Shown here one piece after another: positions 1 through 6,443 of a DNA stretch of 7,544 bases. The stretch spans positions 1 through 7,544 of the forward strand of contig NW_021828831.1 of NCBI RefSeq assembly GCF_006345805.1, written 5' to 3'. The notes beneath the pieces are model-generated. The model was not told where the DNA came from. It worked only from the letters and a program-made list of their open reading frames with translations, and made no database searches. Made by a program: the position numbers and the translations under genes. The first letter of the stretch is position 1. Every line of letters starts with the position of its first letter. The stretch comes from Octopus sinensis (lineage: Eukaryota).

Positions 1-111
1 TCTCCATTAGAGAAAGAGCCGGATTCCAACCCAGAAAAAAGGCCCTTTCATTGGAATTCAAACATCTTAATTTAACTATGCATGTACGTGTAATGTGTAT
101 GTGTAGTATTG

Positions 112-164
112 ATGTATGTATGTATGTATGTATGTATGTAATGTATGTATGCATGAGTGGTATG
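112..164. repeat. (TATG)n/(TACA)n microsatellite
   Basis: Direct reading: tandem TATG units with one GTAATG interruption and a degenerate right end. Confidence 0.95.
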
Positions 165-789
165 TTTGTTTTTTTGTTTCTTTTTAATTTAGAATAAAGT
201 TTGGGCCGGTCATCATGGCTGTGATGGAAGCATCTTGGTTTTTTTTTCGTCCTTTAAATCTTAAAGTTGTTTGCTGTTGTTTGTTCCTTTTCAAGCCATG
301 CCTGGCTCATAAGGGCCGGTTTTCCTTCCCGTTTCCTTGGCGTATAGGTTCCCTACCTGGACAGCGACGCCATCCGTCGCAGGTGAGCTGCAAGATGCAG
401 GAGGAAAAGAGTGAGAGAAAGTTGTGGCGAAAGAGTTCGCAGAGGGTTCGCCATCACCTGCTGTCGGAGCCGCGTGTGTGTTTCGCCATAAACACACACA
501 TCGCCGGTCTGAGATTCGAACTCGCGATCCCCTCTACCGCGATTCAGCTGCGCTAACCACTAGGCCATGTGCCTCCAAATCTTAAGAAGTACTTGCAGCT
601 TTTTATAATCCCAGATATCGTGATAATTTATAATGTATGAATTAAGGATTAGCGTTATCTCCTGAAGAGCCTAAACTCAGCCACACTTGGCCTCAGGTGG
701 AATTGTATGTATCCTGTTGCTCCGGTGGTAATAGATATGAAGCTGGAGGTGTATCTTGGGTGCCGGATTGTGAAAAACCGTTATCACAA
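165..789 (-). mobile_element. RLE-type (R4/Dong-like) non-LTR retrotransposon 3' fragment, copy 1 (pseudogenised, interrupted by SINE A1)
   Basis: Minus-strand 759->577 translates in one frame as PRYTSSFISITTGATGYIQFHLRPSVAEFRLFRR*R*SLIHTL*IITISGIIKSCKYFLRF, then KG after the SINE is removed. This matches the recalled C-terminal pattern of RLE ORFs (PxYxFxFxPIIIGALGY...LQxxxIxGTxKxCKTFLxF). It is nucleotide-similar to 3000-3194. The 3' UTR (165-250) ends at (TACA)n. Confidence 0.75.
265..576 (-). mobile_element. tRNA-derived SINE, family A, copy A1
   Basis: Minus strand starts GGAGGCACATGGCCTAGTGGTTAG (A box) and has B box GAGTTCGAATCTC (511-523) and an (AAC)-rich tail. Perfect 9-bp TSD AAATCTTAA at 256-264 and 577-585. 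It shares an exact 32-nt block (406-437, inverted) with 2633-2664. Confidence 0.9.
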
Positions 790-858
790 TGTATGTATGT
801 AATGTATGTATGTATGTATGTATGTATGTATGTATGTATGTAGTGTGTAGTATGTATG
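790..858. repeat. (TATG)n/(TACA)n microsatellite
   Basis: Direct reading: long run of TATG units with GTAATG and TAGTGTG interruptions. Confidence 0.95.
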
Positions 859-860
859 TT

Positions 861-1165
861 TTGCCCTTCACATTTTAATTTATTATATTCTTCCTAGAAA
901 GAAGGAGCTAGTTTTTAAGAAAGAAACAAAAGCTCTATGACTAGAATTTCAATAACAACTACGATAATTGTTACATGTCAAACTTTAAGAAAGTCTTGCA
1001 CATTTTTACTGTTACACTTACTGACTGCATCTGCATAGTTCGTGTTAGTCTTGAAAATCTTAGCGGTTCCAGATTCTCACTTACATATTCAGTAACATAC
1101 CAAGCGTACCAATGGTTATTAGTAACGATGTAAATTTAAAATCAGAGTAGATGAGCTGCACATTT
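861..1165 (-). mobile_element. RLE-type non-LTR retrotransposon 3' fragment, copy 2
   Basis: Minus strand: QLIYSDFKFTSLLITIGTLG (1158->1099), a 1-nt frameshift, then YVTEYVSENLEPLRFSRLTRTMQMQSVSVTVKMCKTFLKFDM* (1099->971, stop TAA 973-971). A ~110-nt 3' UTR with AATAAA (884-879) ends at the (TACA)n tract. Confidence 0.75.
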
Positions 1166-1330
1166 TGTACATATACGAATGTGTGTATACGTGGGTATAT
1201 ACTTTCACATTTATGTTTGTGTGAATATGTATGGTTGTGTGTGTGTGGATCTATGTTTAAACTCACGTATGGGTATATATACATATGTTTATTTGTCAAT
1301 GTGTGCGTATTTTTCTGTATATGTACCTAC
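1166..1330. repeat. Degenerate (TG)/(TA)/(TATG) low-complexity tract
   Basis: Mixed TG/TA dinucleotide and TATG units. It may include the decayed 3' UTR of RLE copy 3. Confidence 0.7.
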
Positions 1331-1588
1331 AACAAACTAAACACCCGGAGTGCTTGCAGTTTTTATTTCCATTAATGGTTTGTAATTAAAATTTCTTAAT
1401 TAGCCATGTCGTTTCTGATTTATGAAGCTCAGCTTCTCGTGAATGGCACAGAGATAGTTAAGCTACATAAACTTACTGCTCCAATGATTACAGGTACAAA
1501 TCTAAAGTCGTAGTCTGTGTGCAATATCTTCAGATTTTTCTTCAGTTCAAAGATGTTACTTTTTTCTATCATCTTTAACATAATTTCT

Positions 1589-1997
1589 TTTATTTATTTT
1601 TTTTTTTTTCTTTACTTCTTTTAGTCATTAGACTGCGGTCATACTGGAGCACCGTCTTGAAGATTTTTAGTCAAACGAATCGACCCCAGTACTTATTTTT
1701 TAAAAATCTGGAACTTATTCTATCATTCTGCTTTGCCGAAACGCTAACTTATGTTAACGTAAACACGCCAACACTGGTCGTCAGACAGTTGGGGGGGGGG
1801 CAAAGATACACACACACATACACACGAACATATACGACTGGATTCTTTCAGTTTCCGTCTTCCATATCCACTCATAAGGCTTTAGTTTACCCGAGGCTAT
1901 AGTAAAAGATATTTGCTCAAGGTGCCACGCAGCGGAGTGAAACCGGCACCATGTGGTTGAGAAGCAAACTTCTTACCACACGGCCACGCCTGCACCT
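1589..1997 (-). mobile_element. tRNA-derived SINE, family B, copy B1
   Basis: Minus strand starts AGGTGCAGGCGTGGCCGTGTGGTAAG, has an internal (CA)n/G10 block and an A-rich tail (1589-1620). Perfect 10-bp TSD CATAATTTCT at 1579-1588 and 1998-2007. Homologous (inverted) to 5825-6206. Confidence 0.92.
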
Positions 1998-2144
1998 CAT
2001 AATTTCTGCAAAACCACTTATTTTCACAATTATACACCCCCGTTTTTTAAGTCTTAATCATAATGTCTAGTCTATTAGTAAAATCTATCAACGATTTCCA
2101 GATATTTTTTAAAAGGAATCAATTTATGATGGGCTCCCTCATAT

Positions 2145-2275
2145 ATTCCATCTACCAAGTTCAGTCGCAAGGCACTGGTTAGCCTGAGGTTATTATAAAA
2201 GCTACTCGGTTAAGATGCCATAAAGTGAAAACCGGACCCGAGACCTCGTGGTTACAAAACAAACACCTTAGCATA
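2145..2275 (-). mobile_element. Degenerate 5' portion of SINE family B
   Basis: TTCCATCTACCAAG...GCCTGAGGTTATTATAAAAG...AAGATGCCA...GTGGTTACAAAACAAAC aligns by eye with 1853-1977 of copy B1. Confidence 0.7.
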
Positions 2276-2484
2276 TTTATGTCTGCGCTTAAACAGCAAC
2301 CGAATATCTCTCAAACCACAGCTGTCTTAAGGAGCAATGCTGCATTACATAATATAGTCCTAGGTATATCATGTCTTTAAAAAAAAACGAGTAACTTATG
2401 GTCTTTTGTTTTTAGATTTAATAAAACGTATTTAATTTTTAAAAATTAAATCAAACTAAATACCACCAGTATTCGTTCATATTA

Positions 2485-2786
2485 GTGATGCCACATGGAC
2501 TACTGGTTAGAGCAGCAGACTTGCGGTCGGGTGATCGCAGGTTCGAATCTCAGACGGGGCGAGGTATGTGTTTATGAGCGAAACACTTAAACTCCGCGTG
2601 GCTCCGGCAGAAGGTAATGGTGAATTTCTGCTAACTCTTTCGCCACAACTTTCTCTCACTCTTTCCTCCTGCATCTAGCAGCTCACCAGCGACGGACCGG
2701 CGTCCCGTCCAGGTAGGGAACCTATACGCCAATGAAACCGAGAAACTGGCCTTTATGAGCCAAGCATGGCTCGAGAAGGAACAAAC
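2485..2786 (+). mobile_element. tRNA-derived SINE, family A, copy A2
   Basis: A box TGGACTACTGGTTAG (2496-2510) and B box GGTTCGAATCT (2540-2550). 14-bp TSD with 2 mismatches: ATTCGTTCATATTA (2471-2484) and ATTCTTTCATATCA (2787-2800). Inverted homolog of A1. Confidence 0.9.
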
Positions 2787-2999
2787 ATTCTTTCATATCA
2801 TGGGTGAATATCCTCTCCTTATCAATGGAATTTCTTATAATTTTATCTTCAATACTCTCCAAACTATGCATTGCACTGTGCACTGCTTTGGCCAGTACAT
2901 CACTTCTCATTGATAGATAGTTTCGTGGTTAATGATGAGAGTCTCATCTTTGGTTGTAATTCTACAAAATTTTTATCTCTGTCAATATATATCCTCTTC

Positions 3000-3194
3000 C
3001 TCCTTTCAATTTAGAATATATTTTGAGCCGGCGGCTAACTTGATAGCAAGGTTGTGAAAGAAAGCATCTTGTTTTAACCACTATCCTTTATATCTTAAAG
3101 TCTTTCAGATTTTTATAGTCCCGGATATCGTGATCATCTGTAACGTATGAGGTAAGGATTTGCGTTCTCTCCCCCAAGATCCCGAGTTCAGTCA
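3000..3194 (-). mobile_element. RLE-type non-LTR retrotransposon 3' fragment, copy 4
   Basis: Minus strand: TELGILG, a frameshift, then RERKSLPHTLQMITISGTIKI*KTLRYKG* (stop TAG 3083-3081). The coding end and 3' UTR align with 186-265 plus 577-680 of copy 1 (e.g. TTTAGAATA, GCCGG, AAGCATCTTG, ATCTTAAAG, GATATCGTGAT, TAAGGATT). Confidence 0.75.
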
Positions 3195-3248
3195 TACTGA
3201 ATTTTGACTGAACTCTCTGACTTTGCTCTCAAGTTCAGTTATACTTTG

Positions 3249-3292
3249 TTGTCGGGAAGCAAACTTCTTACCACTCAGCCACGCCAGCACCT
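3249..3292 (-). mobile_element. Isolated 5' head of SINE family B
   Basis: GGGAAGCAAACTTCTTACCACTCAGCCACGCCAGCACCT is nearly identical to 1960-1997. Confidence 0.8.
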
Positions 3293-3406
3293 CCTATGTC
3301 GGTGTTGTTTCTTACGTCGTTATTTTATTTATTTTTTTTTTGTTATTACAAATATTGTTACTGTTTCTGTTGTGTTGTTAGTTTTTCACTAACGCTCTTA
3401 ATATCA

Positions 3407-4003
3407 TTATTACCTCCGCCTTAAACAGGCGGAGTTATTGTTTTCAATCGCGTTTGTTTGTTTGTCCGTAAGATATCTCAAGAACTGTTGGATGGATTCG
3501 GATGAAACTTTCAGGGATGTTTGGCCTCGTTATTGGCACAAACTGATTAGATTTTGGGATCGATCCAATACCGGACAAGGGTTCTAGATTATTTGCTATA
3601 TTTACTTTATATGATTACGATCTTACGTTAACTTTCAAGTCTTTCCGAATTATGTCCCTTTAGGCTGTAACTATTTTGAATGGTGAATTTGTTAACTTTG
3701 GCTTGTATTAGATAAGGATAAACTATTCATTACTCTTACAAAATTTACTACAGCCACCTTCACATTCCATGACTACCATTGGGATCGATCAGGTATCGGA
3801 CAAGGATTTTGAATTATTTTTCCGGTCTTTAGAAATTTTTTTTACTTAATTTTTGAGAGCTGTCGGGTTCATTTTTAGTATTCTCATTTGTGAGAGCAGT
3901 CGAGTTTATTTCAGATATTCTCATTTTAAAAATCATCTCTGGTTAATCGTTGAGAGGACGTTGGTGTTACCTTGGCGGTGGTTTGTGCTCTCTGAGTGCT
4001 CTT
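3407..4003 (+). mobile_element. Non-autonomous Helentron/DINE-1-like element (HINE)
   Basis: The 5' end TTATTACCTCCGCC has a nearby inverted copy (CTCCGCC 3414-3420 / GGCGGAG 3428-3434) followed by (GTTT)3-GTCC. The 3' end has subterminal inverted repeat GGCGGTGGT (3974-3982), then a short hairpin GTGCTC-TCT-GAGTGC (3985-3999) and a T-rich end. This architecture is established for Helentron-associated interspersed elements. Confidence 0.7.
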
Positions 4004-4500
4004 GTTGGTATTGTTTTTGTCGTTATTTTTTGTATTACTTTCGCTGTTATTGTTGATGTGCTGTTGTATTATATAAGTGCTGTTCTTATTTTAGTTGTTA
4101 CGTTCGTTTTTTTTTTTATCATTATATTTGTTTTTAAAGCAGCGAGCTGGCAGATTCGTTAGCACGCCAGGCAAGATACTTTTGTCTGTCTTTACGTTTT
4201 AAGTTCAATTTCCGCCAAGGCCGACTTCTCCTTTCATCCCTTCAGGGTCGATAAATTAAGTAGCAGTTGAGTACTGGGTCAATGTAATCGACTTACCACC
4301 TCACCTAAAATTTCAGGTCCTGTGCCTTTAGTAGAAAGGATTATTATATTTGTTTTTAAAATTATATTTGTTTTTTGTCGTTATATTTTTTTGTTATATT
4401 TGTTTTATTCTTGTTGTCTTGTTATTGCTGATATTTGTTTTCATTCTTTTTGATTTTTTGGCTTGTTTTTCTTTGTTCTTGTTGCTGTAACGAACATAAT
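4004..4500. repeat. Degenerate (GTT)/(ATT)-rich low-complexity tract hosting SINE C; continues left of the HINE (3300-3400)
   Basis: T-rich triplet-like sequence on both sides of the HINE and of SINE C. Confidence 0.7.
4139..4342 (+). mobile_element. tRNA-derived SINE, family C
   Basis: A box TGGCAGATTCG (4148-4158), B-box-like AGTTCAATTTCC (4202-4213), core CCTTTCATCCCTTCAGGGTCGATAAATTAAGTAGCAG and tail AGTAGAAAGGATTAT. Perfect 18-bp TSD ATTATATTTGTTTTTAAA at 4121-4138 and 4343-4360. Confidence 0.88.
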
Positions 4501-4528
4501 TTGGTCTAAAAAGTTAGATAGTCACACT

Positions 4529-4756
4529 CTGTCTGTTTGTCTCGCTCTCTCTCTCTCTCTCTCCCTCTCTATCTATTTATCTCTATCTATCTGTCTATCT
4601 ATCTATCACACACACACACACACAAGCATACATGCGCACAAACACATAAACATACACAAATATAAACACACACAAATACACACGTACTCATATGCACATA
4701 GATGCACACACATGCAAACACACATAAACAGGAACACACACAAACATACACACACA

Positions 4757-4797
<41 letters not shown>
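4529..4797. repeat. Compound microsatellite (CT)n-(CTAT)n-(CA)n
   Basis: Direct reading. It accounts for ORFs 4463..4930, 4599..4796 and 4606..4818. Confidence 0.95.
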
Positions 4798-4798
<1 letters not shown>

Positions 4799-5183
4799 AA
4801 GCATGATTGTGTCTGCACTTTATGCGTTATATCGAAAATCTTCCCTCTTCTCGTAACGGTTCTTCAATATCAAAACTTCATATTTTTTTTCCTCTGTCGG
4901 TTTAGCAATCAATTCTTGTTCAAATTTTGACTCTCAACCCGACCTATATCCATCCATCCATCCATGCCTGTTATCCAATAATCCATATACATGAATGCAT
5001 AATTATAATTCAAATATATATTGAGAGCAAAAGAAAAAAAAATACATTTATTCTTTATTTTTTCCAATAATTATATAGTTTTAATATACAGTAAATATTC
5101 GCATGAAAGCTTTGTTTTTAAATTATATTTTTCTTGCAAAAAAATTTGTTTTATTTGTTCTGCTTATATTATATGTTGTGCTG

Positions 5184-5276
5184 GGAGAGAGAGGCGGGGA
5201 AGTGAGAAAGTGAGGGAGAAAGAGAAAAAGAGAGTGATATCGTCTCTCTCTCATTCTCTCTCTCTCTCTCTCTCTT
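5184..5276. repeat. (GA)-rich tract followed by (CT)n tract (imperfect inverted repeat around GATATC 5236-5241)
   Basis: Purine tract 5184-5234 and pyrimidine tract 5243-5276. Confidence 0.85.
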
Positions 5277-5294
5277 TGAATATCTAGTGTGCAT

Positions 5295-5354
5295 ATGTGT
5301 ACACACACAAATACATACATACACATAATATTATACATACATATATGCATATGC

Positions 5355-5394
<40 letters not shown>

Positions 5395-5430
5395 ATAATA
5401 TATATATATGTATATATATGCATATATATA

Positions 5431-5464
<34 letters not shown>

Positions 5465-5470
5465 TATGTA
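5295..5470. repeat. (CA)/(TA)n microsatellite
   Basis: Direct reading; long (TA)n from about 5360 to 5465. Confidence 0.95.
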
Positions 5471-5824
5471 GGACAATAAATAATGGTCATTATATATTAC
5501 TGTATTGTAACATTTATTGTCAAATTTACTAAGAAATATGGAACTACCATTATTTATGCCCTGTCTTGTATATCATTCTGTATAACAAAAAAAAAACTAT
5601 ATAACTAGAACACAGTCACGGATTTACAATACAGACCGGTGATGAACTATAACCTCAGATCTTGCCACAAGAATACGCCCGAGTTTTTTTTTTTGTTGTT
5701 ATTTTTTTTGTTTGTTTGTTTTTTTGTTTTACTTATCTAAACAATGTTGTTATCTTGGTGTACTAGCAGAGAGCCTATACAATATTTTTCCCCACATTGA
5801 TAATCTCTCTCCAATATCTGTTAC

Positions 5825-6206
5825 GTAGTGGCTGTGTGGTATGTAGCTTGCTTACCAACTACATGGCTCCGAGTTCAGTCGCGCTGCGTGGAACATTGGG
5901 CAAGTGTCTTCTACTATAGCCTCGAGCCGACCAAATCCTTGTAAGTGGATTTAGTAGACGGAAACTGAAAGAAACCCGTCATGTGTTTGTGTGTCTGTGT
6001 TTGTCTCCACAACATCGCTTGACAACCAATGCTGGTGTGTTTACATCTCCGTAACTTAGAGTTTCGGCAAAAGAGACCGATAGAATAAGTACTAGGCTTA
6101 CAAAGAATAAGTCCTGAGGTCGATTTGCTCGACTAAAGGCGGTGCCCCAGCATGACCGCAGTCAAATGACTGAAACAAGTAAAAGAGTAAAGAGTAGAGT
6201 AAAAGA
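5825..6206 (+). mobile_element. tRNA-derived SINE, family B, copy B2
   Basis: A box TGGCTGTGTGG (5829-5839), B-box-like GAGTTCAGTC (5871-5880), internal (TG)n and tail of GAGTAAA-like repeats (6177-6206). Homologous to B1 and B3. No TSD found. Confidence 0.92.
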
Positions 6207-6207
6207 G

Positions 6208-6287
6208 CATATATATATATATATATATATAATATATATGGTGGAGTATATGTAGATATAGATAGTTACATACACGGACAAGCAGAC

Positions 6288-6323
<36 letters not shown>

Positions 6324-6390
6324 TATAGATAGATAGATAGATAGATATTTATCCTTCTCTCCCATGAGAGGTACATGTGTGTGCATGTGC

Positions 6391-6436
<46 letters not shown>
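6208..6436. repeat. Compound microsatellite (TA)n-(GATA)n-(GT)n
   Basis: (TA)n 6208-6238, (GATA)n about 6285-6346, (GT)n about 6374-6435. Confidence 0.95.
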
Positions 6437-6443
6437 TGATAGT

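Larger units (their letters stand above)
1345..2975 (-). pseudogene. RLE-type non-LTR retrotransposon, copy 3: zinc-knuckle-adjacent region and endonuclease domain, fragmented by SINE insertions
   Basis: Minus-strand pieces in the expected order: FCRITTKDETLII (from 2969); PRNYLSMRSDVLAK...RIFTHDMKE|YWW (2928->2787, joined to 2470->2462 across SINE A2); NRLDIMI (2076->2056, decayed RPD motif); LKKRGCIIVKISGFAEIM|LKMIEKSNIFELKKNLKILHTDYDFRFVPVIIGA (2051->1998, joined in frame to 1578->1477 across SINE B1); then frameshifted YLCAIHEKLSF and ETTWLIKKF*LQTINGNKNCK (to 1353). Continuity across 2085-2460 is uncertain. Confidence 0.7.

Noticed and set aside
1-45. Possible fifth RLE 3' UTR fragment at the window edge (minus strand GTTGGAATCCGGCTCTTTCTCTAA)
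   Set aside because: Only short patchy similarity to the other UTRs (CCGGCTC, TCTAA) and truncated by the window; it needs flanking sequence.
215-556. 113-aa ORF (+) and overlapping 68-aa ORF 291..497 (-)
   Set aside because: Both lie within or across SINE A1 (Pol III boxes, TSD, second copy at 2485-2786) and show no protein-like features.
1085-1155. Candidate 71-bp minus-strand host exon (CAG acceptor, GTAAGT donor) encoding a hydrophobic LIYSDFKFTSLLITIGTLGMLLN
   Set aside because: There is no polypyrimidine tract. The sequence is better explained as the frameshifted IIGALG region of RLE copy 2, which continues through the supposed donor in the next frame.
1404-1493. Candidate 90-bp symmetric plus-strand exon / 35-aa ORF MSFLIYEAQLLVNGTEIVKLHKLTAPMITG
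   Set aside because: Splice sites are weak and it is the antisense of the RLE copy 3 C-terminus.
2280-2335. Possible fragment of another interspersed repeat (AAACAGCAACCGAATATCTCTCAAACCAC)
   Set aside because: There is no second copy or diagnostic structure in the window; resemblance is from vague recall only.
2490-2560. tRNA gene at SINE heads (also 505-575, 4145-4215, 5829-5885)
   Set aside because: A and B boxes are present but there is no complete cloverleaf or acceptor stem, and each continues into a SINE body.
2722-2910. 62-aa minus ORF as an intact host gene
   Set aside because: The first 41 aa are fossil RLE sequence and the rest reads into SINE A2. It is a chimera of two relics with a stop six codons upstream of the ATG and no convincing splice sites.
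3554-3819. CRISPR-like repeat-spacer unit
   Set aside because: Only two diverged repeats with a 184-bp spacer, in a eukaryotic transposon context with no cas genes.
3853-4162. Hydrophobic ORFs 3853..4056 and 3950..4162 as membrane proteins
   Set aside because: The hydrophobicity is an artefact of T-rich (GTT/ATT) low-complexity sequence and they span transposon ends.
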